Assembly (NCBI RefSeq): GCF_964355755.1
Contig: NC_092670.1
Location: 40,660,388-40,724,387 of the forward strand
DNA length: 64,000 bases
Reading direction: 5' to 3'
Source of the DNA: Antedon mediterranea
Taxonomy: Eukaryota; Animalia; Echinodermata
Within the stretch, counting starts at the first letter, position 1, and every line of letters starts with the position of its first letter. A program made the translations under genes and the position numbers. Below the pieces are notes generated by a model, which saw only the letters and a list, made by a program, of their open reading frames with translations, ran no database searches and was not told the DNA's origin. Below are positions 38,101-49,685 of this stretch, one piece after another.

Positions 38101-39244
38101 TTTAAGCAAGAAGCACCAAAGTGGGCTACTGTTTTTTCTGAATAGAAAAATGTTTTATTAAATTACAATCCACTTTCTTAGATAGTTTTGATTACGGTAT
38201 ATAATTAATGTTTTTGTTTTTTGTTACAGGATGATATAAGTGAGATTGTAAACAACTTTCCATCCGTTTTTCAAAGTACATTATTTGTCACTCAGGAAGA
38301 CGTATCGTCAGACAATAAATATACTCAGGGTATGTACAAGTTAGGTTAGATAATAATTACAATTCTGTTGAGTCAGTAATAAACTCTATATTATTATAAC
38401 TGTCATTTCGGTACAATTACAGTATTATCATTAACTCTATGTTATTGTTGGGTAACTATAACTAATTAAGTAATATTTATTGAAAGTACAATTTATAAAA
38501 TAAAATAAAGTACAATTTATAAAATAAAATAAAGTACAATTTATAAAATAAAATAAAGTACAATTTATAAAATAAAATAAAGTACAATTTATAAAATAAA
38601 ATAAAGTACAATTTATAAAATAAAATAAAGTACAATTTATAAAATAAAATAAAGTACAATTTATAAAATAAAATAAAGTACAATTTATAAAATAAAATAA
38701 AGTACAATTTATAAAATAAAATAAAGTACAATTTATAAAATAAAATAAAGTACAATTTATAAAATAAAATAAAGTACAATTTATAAAATAAAATAAAGTA
38801 CAATTTATAAAATAAAATAAAGTACAATTTATAAAATAAAATAAAGTACAATTTATAAAATAAAATAAAAATGAATATGAATACATAGAATAATACAAAC
38901 ATTATACTTGAGAGAAATTAAGCCCAATGTTTGTTTCCAACTTACTTAAGACAATACTTAAGACAATACTTAAGACAATACTTAAGACAATACTTAAGAC
39001 AATACTTACACTTCAGTTCATTCTCCTCTTCATCTAACTTAAGTCATTACTATCTCATCTAAAACTTTAATTTATTACAGGTCGAATTCAAGATTCACAT
39101 CTAGCAAGTGCTGTTCAAGAATTTGGTTCGGAAAACTTAGAATGTTATATATGTGGACCACCACCAATGATAGAAGATATGGAATCTAGTCTACTTAAGT
39201 TAAACATGAAACCTGAAAATGTTCATTATGAAAAGTGGTGGTAA
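35120..39244 (+). CDS. OXNAD1: Oxidoreductase NAD-binding domain-containing protein 1 (FNR-type FAD/NAD oxidoreductase, putative mitochondrial presequence)
   Basis: Exons 35120-35196, 35485-35563, 35893-36002, [37234-37372 or 37401-37548], 37788-38024, 38230-38329, 39081-39244. Motifs DHLERT, FKAGQWVDF, LIAGGIGINPLLSM, YICGPPPMI and C-terminal EKWW*. Confidence 0.92.
36068..36762. mobile_element. Non-autonomous MULE-like element
   Basis: TIR GGGTGTCTAGAAAA...TTTTCTAGACACCC with 9-bp TSD TATCATCAT (36059-36067, 36763-36771). Confidence 0.88.
36791..37047. mobile_element. Harbinger-like MITE
   Basis: TIR AGCCTGGTTTCCAT...ATGGAAACCAGGCT with TAA flanks. Confidence 0.8.
38484..38868. repeat. 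24-bp AT-rich minisatellite (~16 copies)
   Basis: AAAGTACAATTTATAAAATAAAAT units, near-identical. Confidence 0.97.
38943..39009. repeat. 12-bp tandem repeat
   Basis: TACTTAAGACAA x ~5. Confidence 0.9.
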
Positions 39245-40372
39245 TATATACTAATATTTGGACATGGAGTAAGAATAAGCATATGCTTACATCATCTAAG
39301 TCTCGGATATAAAGCATCAGTACTAAGTGACAACATCAGCCATCAAGGCTAAGAGATGGTATTCTGTAATATAGAGTGTGGTGCACAATATCTACAATAC
39401 ACTATTATATCTAAATATTTTTATTAAGGCAAACTTCAAGAATTATAAATTATTTTCGTACAAATTTGGAAACTAAATTGCAAAAAGAAACCCTACAAGC
39501 GTTAAAACGGTATTAAAATTGACGTGTCTTAAAAAATATAGGTGTTATTTTTAATTTTGCAATATTGTAGCACACAAGAAGGTAATTTAAAGTTTGACAC
39601 CTTATACCCCTCAGGTAATGCATGTTCAGGGCCCATTCATTTAGGTTATACATGTGCAGGGCCCAGATATTATTTAGATCAAGGCAATATTTTATTTATA
39701 CTTTAAGAAATTATGGGCCTTTGGTGTTTGGGTTTTACCCTGTATAAACAAAGTTGAATAGAATAAGATACATTATAATACAAATAAAGTTTTAATACAA
39801 TTTTGAACTACAAGATTATATTTATTGTTGATTCTATTATTTGAATGAGTTGCATAATGATATTTTGCTCCTGTGACCATGTATTTCCCTCAGCTAGCTC
39901 TTCGGGAAATATATATGTCAAATCTTATATTACACCTTTAAGCAGGCAATATATGTATACTACACCCTTGGTTGTCTATTTTTAGTGTTCAGGTTTACAC
40001 TCTATATACAAAGTTTAATGAAATGAGATACTAATTGAGTTGTATAATATCATGTAAAAATTGTTTTGACAATCAGTAGGTCAAAGGTTAACATTTGATT
40101 GACAAGTAAAGTAGGCTTACGTAAAGTATGTGAATCCATACAGATGTTACTTTTTTTGAAAATTTTTAATTCACTTTTATAATGTATTATGTTAATAAGG
40201 ATTTAAATTATGGTCCTATTCGTTAATTTATGTAAATTTGATTTTCTCTGCATTTCATTTGTTTGATCTGGGTATATCACTAGTCTATTAGTTATTACAA
40301 TTTATGTCCATTACTAGCTTGGCGGCGGACAATCTTTCTATACACTACAGAGTATAGTTTAAAAGGTTTGCG

Positions 40373-43300
40373 ATGGCAATATGCAGTTTTGTTTGCATAT
40401 CAAAACGTATTGCTATTCTCTTTGGTATTTTTATATTGATATTGTTTTGTTTAAAATTCGGAACCATCCAAAAACAGGAAAAATTAAATCCAAGTTCCAA
40501 AGGTAAGTGTTCGTTATATCGAATCATCAGTTCACAATAGCGTTTCGCTTTTACGGCGCGCGACGCGCCTGTCGAGTACAAATGTCGTTATACGCATGCT
40601 AATAATGTTTCTGAATTAGGCCTATCTTTTTTAGGCCATGTTTCCGCAGAAGGAAATTAACCGATAAAGTTCATGTGGAAACGGGGTTTAAACGATTCCG
40701 CTTGAGAAAGATTAACCGATAATTTTCACATTAAAAAACAAGATCATTATCCGGTAAATGCGATATTTTAACCTTTGACCGTAAGACAAATTGTTGTGTT
40801 GTGATTGGCCGCTTGGGATTACAGTCTTGATTCATTATGCGCGCGCAATTGCTTTTTGATTAATTATCTGATTTTTAAAAAAATGTAATAATATTTTTTG
40901 TTTGGCTGCGGAAACACGACCTTACTCGATAGGCGCAATGGTGAAAATGATGAATTTTAAAAATGTTTTTTTTTTTGCAATAGTTGAATGTTCCTTGTCG
41001 ATATCTTCTGCAAGAAACATTTTTTGGGATGAGCGAAAGGAAACGATACAAAACTTGCCGTTTTCAGCTACTTTTAAAAACAAATCTGTAAGAAAAATGT
41101 ATTCTTTTGAGAGTTGAGTTACTGATCTGGTAGGCCTAGTACAGTATGACGTAATTGGATTGGCAGAAGCGTTAGAAATTGAGCATGAATTGTTGATCGC
41201 GTAGCCATGTGCGTGCTAGTCGTATGGCGCGTTGTGAAAACAGAAAGTCACACAGGCCTAAGCGAATTCATCCATATATCCTACGTTTTATTAGAAGAAA
41301 ATTATTTTAAAATGCTATGCATTATCATTAGGCCTAAGTTGAAATAAGATGTTTAAACTTGAATACATTGGTTGCAGGGTGTCCGAATCATTTTCAATCG
41401 TGTACCAAAGTGCGGCAGCCGATCTCTCGTGAACGTTGTTCAAAACCTAGTGGATCAAAATCAAGTTAACTTGATACATTCGCAAGTGTATAATAAAACC
41501 GAACTCTCGGAAGCGCAAAAGGTTGTCTTCTTTCTTTGTATTTTTTTTTATTAAGCTCTGTCTACACTATCAAACTTTATGTGACACAAAAATGTGATGT
41601 GCCCATAATATGAACATGGTGGTGTCATATCACTACCCGGTACCATATTTGGGCACATCACATTTTAGTGTAGACAGAGCTTTAGAAATAAGATTGGAAT
41701 CATTAGAATAGAGTGATAAAGTATAGCCTACAGTATGAAAGATGTGATGCATTACCATGAATGTGAAGATGTGATGCATTACCATGAATGTGAATATGTG
41801 ATGCATTACCATGAATGTGAAGATGTGATGCATTACCATGAATGTGAAGATGTGATGCATTACCATGAATGTGAAGATGTGATGCATTACCATGAATGTG
41901 AAGATGTGATGCATTACCATGAATGTGAAGATGTGATGCATTACCATGAATGTGAAGATGTGATGCATTACCATGAATGTGAAGATGTGATGCATTACCA
42001 TGAATGTGAATGTTTGAAACCAAGAGAATCTAACAACTCAAGCTGGGTTCCGGAGATCAAGGGCTGCGACACGGTCGGTTCCACGCCCATTAAACAGAGC
42101 CTATCCCCCGCCACGCAGAATATGTACATAGTACAGTAGTGTTGGTATTTTTCGCAGCCAGATATAAGATCAAAGGACTTTTACAAGTTCCTATCTTGGA
42201 AAGGTGAGCTAAGTGTTCTGTTGTTAGATTGATCTGGTTGTACCTTATATACTCAAACCATGGAGTTATCAAACTTACGATCACTTTTTTCAATGATTTT
42301 TTCTTTCTGGACATCACTTCTTTCTTTGCACACTAGAGTTTGATAGTGGATGTTCTACCGAATCTTGATCCGCCATTTGTGTTTCATCGTCATATGTTCT
42401 ACATTGATTTTCGCAAGTAAGTTATCATCATTATCTTTAAATCTTCTTTAAATATTTTTTAGAAATGATCACTACGGTAGTTGAATGTTTTTAAAGTTAT
42501 ATGAAGTTTCTTTTTGAATAATTAAAAATATAATTGTGTTTTTATCTTAGACACAGTATCGTTCCTGTGAAATATATCAACATAATCAGAGATCCAATTG
42601 AGAGAGCCACATCAGAATATTATTTCAGACGTTTTGGAGATGAGGAAACCGAAAAAGATTTCAAAGGATCGGACCTTTATCAGGTAGGCCTACATTACTT
42701 ACTATTTTTACAAATCTTTGACAAAATCACAATTTATATGAAAGAATACTCTCATGATGACCAGAGGGGATTTGTTGTTTTCGTCTTAAATCTTAGCTAA
42801 GTCCGCGGCCGTTCCATACGAGATAAAAATAACTTGTTTTTTATAATAAATAATTCGTTTCTTCTTGAGTATCTTGGCTTCAGCAAAAATATTGATAAAT
42901 GCACGCCCAAGCTCTAACTTGTATAAATCTAATTGACAGGCTTTTTTTTATGTTGTGTTTTTATTTTTTTACAGACAATAAATGAATGTGTGCTTGGTAA
43001 CAAGGCAGAGTGTATCGGTAACAATCTACAGTACATCATCCCATTCTTTTGTGGAGATAGTCCTGAGTGTCTGTGAGTATTCTCAAGCTAGCTTGGTTCC
43101 CACTTGAACGCAATGACGTAGGCGCAACGCAATTGAGTTGACCAATCACAAGCGACAGCTCGGATGACGTAATTGGTCAATTTGCTTAGGATTGGCTTAC
43201 ATCCTTGCGTAATGGGAACCAGGCTTCAGTTTTCGTGAAAAGAATTTTAGCTTTTATCTTAATATTTATTTAGGCCTACAAACTGTGGTAACAAGTTTTT

Positions 43301-43653
43301 CTATTTTCTTGTAATGAAGAACACTAAACAGCAGAGTTCCATTAGAAATAGCAAAACAAAATGTGGAACGAGATTTCATAATGGTGGGCTTACTAGAAGA
43401 TTTTAGGAGCACAGTTGCAGTTTTAGAAAAACTACTCCCTGAAGTATTTAACGGAGCAGCCAACTATCTAACAAACCCAAGTAAGTAGAAATGTTTGAAG
43501 AAATGTTTTTCTCCTGTAAGATTTATGCTTTTGCTAATAGATATAAACTTGAATTGAACTGAATACATTACAGAAGACATTTTAAAACTTGGTTCCCACA
43601 AGGACGCAACGCAAGGATGTAAACGCAACGCAAGCATGTAAACGCAACGCAAG

Positions 43654-43689
<36 letters not shown>

Positions 43690-46600
43690 TTTATCATATA
43701 ATACATTACAAAGGAAAAACATAATCAAATAAAAAATTAAAATAAAAAGCAACAAACAAAAACAACAAAGATATCCATCTAACAAATTAAATAAAGGTTC
43801 ATAAAAATTATTCTACTCTATAAACCATTTTATATTTGATTTATAAATTCTTCTAATTTTATCCATTTTCTATTAAAAATACTGTCCTCAAAATTCTGAT
43901 GATAAATAAATTTTTCTGTTTCATAAAACCTTTTTAACTCGTTCATAACCATTTTGATAGTTGGCTTACATTTAACTAGTTTACATTTATAAATAAATGA
44001 TTTTACAATTAGAATAATTGCATTAATGGCTTTTAAATTAAAAAACTGATGCGCATCTTGGTATCCGAAAATTATGCTCTCTTTACTAAAAATAAATTGC
44101 ACTCCAGTTTTTTCTGAAATTTTTTCCTGGAGGAGGTTCCATATCCTTTTTACTATTGGACAATTACAGAACAAATGCTGAATGGTTTTAATTTTACCAT
44201 CTCCAAATGAGCACATTGAAGTTTCTTTTATATTCATTTTAAATAATTGTTCATTTGTTGCAATTATTCTATTTACAATTTTATATTGAAAATATATTAA
44301 AGCAATATTCATTGTACACGTATGTGGAGCTAGGTAGATTGTTTTCCATTGTTCGTTATTGAATACAAATTTATTTTCTGCCCATTTCTTTTGTGCTTTC
44401 CACGATTTAAACATTGAGTTATTTAAAACATCATAAAAAATACGACATCCCTTTCTTTGTTGAAAGAGTACTTTTATGTGAAATGGAATATCTGGCAAAA
44501 CTGTTTTTTTAATTTCACATATCATTAAATTGTTAAATTTTTCCCTAAGAAGCCTTTTTAATCCTATTAATTTTATATAATTTATCTTAATACCATAGGT
44601 ATCTTCGACTTCTTTTTTATTCATAAATTGCCCATTGCTGTTAAACAAATCATTAACAAACAAAATACCTGCTTTTTCCCAATTTCCATATCTTATACAT
44701 TCGTTGCCTATTCTTATTACTTCATTATTCCAAATTTGCATTCGTAATAGCTCGTCAACAGACTTTGGATAATGAATAGAAATAAAATTACTCCATGCAT
44801 CTATTACCTCTTTCCAGAAGAGAATTTTAACATTATCTCTAATGCTGGACAGACGTTTACAATTCGTTTCAAGTTGCATAGAGTTAGACAAATTTGTTAT
44901 GTACTTAAATAGCTTAAATATTGGGTTGTCTTCGGATTTATTGTTGAAAATTCTACGCAACCAAGTTATTTTTAATGACATAAAAAAAAAGTTCAAATCT
45001 ACCATTCTTAATCCACCATGTAAGTAATCACTTTTCATCTGATGCCGGTTTATTTTATCAGGTTTGTTTTGCCAAATAAAACGAAAAAATAAATTATTAA
45101 GACGTACTACGTATTCATTTGATGGGTTCGGTAAGGACATGATCATATGAATGAGTTTTGGTAACAAGAGTGATTTAATAATAGTTATTTTACCAATTAC
45201 TGTCAAGTTTCGTTTAGACCATTGGTTTATCATACGCTCTATCGTTAAAAACACTCTTTCATAGTTTACATTAATCATTTGAACTGCATCTAATGAAAAG
45301 TCAATACCTAAAATTGAAAATATGGCATTGCCTATCCAGTTTATCTTTTTTCTTGTTTTTAACCTTACATTGCTACCTCTCTTACTACCTATCCATACAA
45401 CTTTTGTTTTTTCTTCATTTATTCTTAAACCGGAAATACTCTCGTATGTATCCAGTGTATCGAGTGTTGCATGCAGTGATGCTTCAGACCCATCAAGTAT
45501 AATGGTAGTGTCGTCTGCATATTGAGATATTGTATATTCCTCATCTCTAATTTTAACTCCCTTAATTAGTTTGTTTTGCTTTATTAAATTATTCAATATT
45601 TCTGCACAAATTATAAAAATATATGGAGAAAGAGGGTCTCCTTGTCTACAGCCTCTTTCAATTTTAAAACGATTTGACATAGCACCGTTAACATTAACTG
45701 AGGAATACATTTCCGAATAAAAAATTGTAATCCACCTTCTAATAGACTCGCCAAAGTTAAACATTTCCATGGCTCTATCAATGAATATATGTGAAACAGA
45801 GTCGAAGGCTTTTTCGAAGTCAATTAATAATAGCATACCGGGAATCTTTAACTGTTCACTAAGACATATAATGTCATTCATTAGTCTAATATTTTCGCCA
45901 ATAAATCTATCTGGCATAAAACCGTTTTGCTCTCTACTTATAATATGACTTAATACATTCTTTATTCGATTAGCTATACATCCAGACGCTAACTTATAGG
46001 TGATGCTTAATAGTGATATAGGTCGCCAATTTTTTAGAAGGTCCCTTGGTTTATTCGGTTTAGGTATAAGCGTTATGATTCCAATTTGTTGAGATTGAGA
46101 TAGTTTTCCGTTCTTATACACCCAATCGAGCATTCTAACTAAATAACCACTAATATTAATCCAGAAAAATTTAAAGAATTCGGCGGAGAAACCATCTTGT
46201 CCGGGACTTTTATTGTTTTTCATATTTTTAAGAACTTGTAATATTTCATCAATTGTTAATGGCCCTTCAATTTCCTCCTTTTGTTTTTGTGATAATTTTG
46301 TCATACTATTTTTTTCAAATATTGTTTTCATAGTTACAAGATCAATTTTAACGTCTTTGTTTTTGTACAATTTGTTATAATAACTTTCTACATTCTTTAT
46401 AATTTGTTTATTATCAGTTATATCCTGACCCATTTCCCTCCTAATTTTATTCAAACTTTTATTTACAATCTTTTTTTTCTCCAAATTAAGGAAGAAAGAA
46501 GATGGTTTTTCCCCTTGTTCCACCAACTGAGCTCGCGATCTCAGCATGATCCCTTCAATTTTAACCATACGTAATTGTTGTAATTCAATCTTTATGGAAT

Positions 46601-47656
46601 TTAGCTCTTCAATATTGTTGTCCATTTCTGGACCAATTTGAAGGTCATCCATCTTTCTTTCAATTACATTAATTTTATCTTCTAATTCTTTTTCTCGCTT
46701 TTCATTTTCTTTTTTTAACCTTGAGGAGAACGAAATTGTTTTGCCTCTTATTCCTAAGAGCAACATTTCAAAAAATAATGCATCATTAATAGAAAGGGAC
46801 AAATCTGAGACTGGGATATCCTTAATTGTGTCTCTTTTGTATGGCGACGCAGCATATAGTTCTGTAATTGTTTGGATTTCTTTTTTAACTATTTTAACAT
46901 ATTCCTCATTTCTTAACAAGCTATTATTGAACTTCCAATAGGTGATTCTATCTTTTTTCGTTTGTGTTAATACCTTTAAGCTAACCAAAGAGTGATCTGT
47001 ACGATATCCTGGGTCTATTTTACATGTGTCTATTATTGAGAGTAATTCCTCTGATATCAAAAAGAAATCGAGCCGTGCTTGTTTTAGTGGTTTGTGTTGT
47101 CGCCATGTAAACCTTTTTATGTCAGGGTGTATTGTTCTCCATGCGTCTATTAAATCATTTTCTGACATAAGTTTAAGTACCAACGCAAGCATGTTGACCA
47201 ATGACAAGAGGCAGTTTGAATAATCCATCGCTTGTGATTGGTTAACTCACTTACGTTGCGTTACGTCCTTGTGTTGCGTTTCTAGTGGGAACCAAGCTAA
47301 TTACACAAGACATTTCAAAGTTTGGTTCCATTAGGACGCACCTCAAGTCAAGTGAATCATTGACGTTCATCAAATTCAACTCTTTATATGGAGACTTTAT
47401 ATTCGTATATGGCCAGCAGCGTCGCGATTGGTCAAACGTTGCTTGTTTGTTTCTTTTAACTGTAATGTAAATTATTTCAAATTGTATTACAGATACGAAT
47501 TTTAATTGCAGAAAAGGTAAATATGTCACAAAATATAAAGTACCTCCAACAGACGAAGTGAGAGCGATACTCTATCAGGAGATGGCTTTGGAATATGAGT
47601 TTTTTGAATTTATAAAACAACGATTAAATAAACAAAAACAATCATTGGGTATATAG
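40373..47656 (+). CDS. Uronyl/heparan-sulfate 2-O-sulfotransferase family (type II Golgi membrane protein)
   Basis: Exons 40373-40502, 40984-41087, 41378-41521, 42337-42416, 42551-42683, 42975-43072, 43320-43480, 47493-47656, all in phase. N-terminal TM segment, 5'-PSB FNRVPKCGSRS, 3'-PB YINIIRDPIER, PFFCG, VGLLED and EYEFF. Confidence 0.9.
41554..41681. mobile_element. MITE family A copy
   Basis: TIRs AGCTCTGTCTACACTA / TAGTGTAGACAGAGCT, TTA TSD. Confidence 0.85.
41737..42010. repeat. 27-bp minisatellite (~10 copies)
   Basis: GAAGATGTGATGCATTACCATGAATGT head-to-tail, no spacers. Confidence 0.97.
43657..47180 (-). mobile_element. 5'-truncated L1/Tx1-type non-LTR retrotransposon (young insertion)
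   Basis: Poly(A) tail (T run 43656-43687), 12-bp TSD CAACGCAAGCAT (43645-43656, 47181-47192) and an uninterrupted ORF2. Confidence 0.95.
43830..47180 (-). CDS. LINE ORF2: C-terminal part of APE endonuclease + reverse transcriptase + degenerate CCHC zinc knuckle
   Basis: Motifs ARLDFFLIS..TDHS, WRPISLL, DFEKAFDSV, RQGDPLS, YADD and CSFG..HLFCNC. The N-terminal EN region is lost by truncation, and the first ~16 ORF residues come from flanking MITE/TSD sequence. Confidence 0.93.
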   Translation of the reverse strand, partial: VLKLMSENDLIDAWRTIHPDIKRFTWRQHKPLKQARLDFFLISEELLSIIDTCKIDPGYRTDHSLVSLKVLTQTKKDRITYWKFNNSLLRNEEYVKIVKKEIQTITELYAASPYKRDTIKDIPVSDLSLSINDALFFEMLLLGIRGKTISFSSRLKKENEKREKELEDKINVIERKMDDLQIGPEMDNNIEELNSIKIELQQLRMVKIEGIMLRSRAQLVEQGEKPSSFFLNLEKKKIVNKSLNKIRREMGQDITDNKQIIKNVESYYNKLYKNKDVKIDLVTMKTIFEKNSMTKLSQKQKEEIEGPLTIDEILQVLKNMKNNKSPGQDGFSAEFFKFFWINISGYLVRMLDWVYKNGKLSQSQQIGIITLIPKPNKPRDLLKNWRPISLLSITYKLASGCIANRIKNVLSHIISREQNGFMPDRFIGENIRLMNDIICLSEQLKIPGMLLLIDFEKAFDSVSHIFIDRAMEMFNFGESIRRWITIFYSEMYSSVNVNGAMSNRFKIERGCRQGDPLSPYIFIICAEILNNLIKQNKLIKGVKIRDEEYTISQYADDTTIILDGSEASLHATLDTLDTYESISGLRINEEKTKVVWIGSKRGSNVRLKTRKKINWIGNAIFSILGIDFSLDAVQMINVNYERVFLTIERMINQWSKRNLTVIGKITIIKSLLLPKLIHMIMSLPNPSNEYVVRLNNLFFRFIWQNKPDKINRHQMKSDYLHGGLRMVDLNFFFMSLKITWLRRIFNNKSEDNPIFKLFKYITNLSNSMQLETNCKRLSSIRDNVKILFWKEVIDAWSNFISIHYPKSVDELLRMQIWNNEVIRIGNECIRYGNWEKAGILFVNDLFNSNGQFMNKKEVEDTYGIKINYIKLIGLKRLLREKFNNLMICEIKKTVLPDIPFHIKVLFQQRKGCRIFYDVLNNSMFKSWKAQKKWAENKFVFNNEQWKTIYLAPHTCTMNIALIYFQYKIVNRIIATNEQLFKMNIKETSMCSFGDGKIKTIQHLFCNCPIVKRIWNLLQEKISEKTGVQFIFSKESIIFGYQDAHQFFNLKAINAIILIVKSFIYKCKLVKCKPTIKMVMNELKRFYETEKFIYHQNFEDSIFNRKWIKLEEFINQI

Positions 47657-47931
47657 TCTATTAGTCTGTAACCTATAATCACTTGAGGTGATTACTTACG
47701 AGTTGTGACACAGTAGCTCAATGCATATCCTGTCAGTGTTGGTGTTCCGGTTTCAATTATTTATTTACCAGTATTTTGTAGCTGTTGTAAAATTCAAATT
47801 ATATATTCATTCATCAGTTTTTTTACTTCCATTTATTATCATTTGAAAAAAAAATATACATAGAATATTAATATAAATAAATGATAAAGACGCTAGTAAA
47901 TTACCAACTGAACATAGAATATTATAATATA

Positions 47932-48082
47932 GCTTCACATTGATGATGGTAATTGTGCTTCACATTGATGATGGTAATTGTGTTTCACATTGATGATGGT
48001 AATTGTGCTTCACATTGATGATGGTAATTGTGCTTCACATTGATGATGGTAAGTGCTTCACATTGATGATGGTAAGTGCTTC
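47932..48082. repeat. ~25-bp tandem repeat (~6 copies)
   Basis: GCTTCACATTGATGATGGTAATTGT units. Confidence 0.9.
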
Positions 48083-49313
48083 TCAAAGCATTATGTATTA
48101 TTATATTGATAACCGTCGTAAAAAAACGAAATAAAATATCACTATTAGTATTAATACAGTATAAATATGGTAAAACTGTACTTTAAATCAAGTTATAACT
48201 ACGTATGGAATACCTCAAACTATGAAGGCCGCTGAATATTTTGGCAAAACAAAGTATTGGCATAATCAAGTTTATCAATAACAAGTATTTTTGTATTCTA
48301 AAAATGGTTGATATTTAATTTTTATTATTCCCCTGACATATCACATGATTTAAGAACCACGATCCCTGCAGGGATCTTGTTTCTATAGCTTTATTGAATA
48401 TTGACTTAATTTGAGCATAGCAACCATTGATAACACACGCGTGTAAAATGCTAACACGCACCAATAAAATAAGTAATGTACTAACAGTTATCGAACCGAA
48501 GAACACATATTAAGTATTAACTCAATTAATATCTTAACACGTATTCTCTGTGTTTGCCTAATGTACTGCCACATGGACATAAACCCAATGTAATTAAATT
48601 TATAATAATAAACATTGATAGAACCTTTCATGAATTTAATTCCGCAGACAAGGAAAGAATGAGTTTGTGTTTCACTCTTCTCTGCGTAGACTAAAATTAC
48701 AATAAATTATAATTAATTAATATCTCGGCTTCAGACAATCGTGAAGTATCTATAATTCTGTTTTTTTAGTGAAAATATCATCCACTCCCCTTTATGTGCA
48801 TATATTTCATATTTTGTCTCTCGATACAAGTTTTTTTTTAATTTCATCTAAAAATGTATATTAATTAAAAAAATATAATAAAGCTATCAATATTCTACGA
48901 TCTCGTGTTTTTTTTCTTTCATATCCTCATCACAGATAGCACGCGATGTTGGTTAATTAGGTAGAGATACAGCTGATTTGGTAATATAATATACTATGGG
49001 AAATATACTGTTACTCCTCTACATGACGGATCTGTATCATCACGGATCTATCAAATAATATTATACAGTAACGTATTTGTAGATACAGTAGATTCTCAAT
49101 AGTTTGGAAACCAAACAAAGTTGTTGTACATTCAACAAGTCTCCACACTATCATCCGTGGCTTAAGGTAGTCTCCACACTATCATCCGTGGCTTAAGCTT
49201 GTTTCTTTGTTTCCTACTGAAACGCAATGAGTCGACCAATCACAAGCGACAGTTTGGACGACTAATCGCGTCGTGATTAGTCGACGCGCTTACGTCCTTG
49301 CGTTGCGGTCTAA

Positions 49314-49650
49314 AGCGTGGTTCCCACTAGCGACGCAACACAAGGACGTAACGCAACGCAAGTGAATTGACCAATCACAAGCGATGGCTTATTCGCTTGT
49401 TATTGCTAACTGTTTATAACTTCGCTTGTCATTGGTTAAAACGCTTGCGTTGCGTTTACGTCCTTGCGTTACGTTCTAGTGGGAATCATGCTTAAGCGCG
49501 GTTTCCACTAGAGAGGCAACGCATGCGAGTTGACCAATGACAAGCGACAATTTGAATATTTTATCGCATGTGATTGGTCAATTCACTTTACGTTACGTTA
49601 CGTCCCTTTGTTGCGTCACCAAGCATTAATGATGGTGGGAGGAACCAAGT
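49314..49650. mobile_element. Cluster of adjacent MITE family B copies
   Basis: GCGTGGTTCCCACTAG...CTAGTGGGAATCATGC followed by a second copy ending GGAACCAAG. Confidence 0.7.
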
Positions 49651-49685
49651 TAAAACGATATACGTGTAATAGGAACATCTGACCA

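Noticed and set aside
38437-38902. Two minus-strand ORFs (153 and 141 aa)
   Set aside because: Artefacts of a 24-bp AT-rich tandem repeat.
40635-40755. Extra sulfotransferase exon
   Set aside because: In-frame stop in the required phase; the gene reads cleanly without it.
41737-42010. CRISPR-like 27-bp repeats and overlapping ORFs
   Set aside because: Units are head-to-tail with no unique spacers, lie in a eukaryotic intron, and no cas genes are present.
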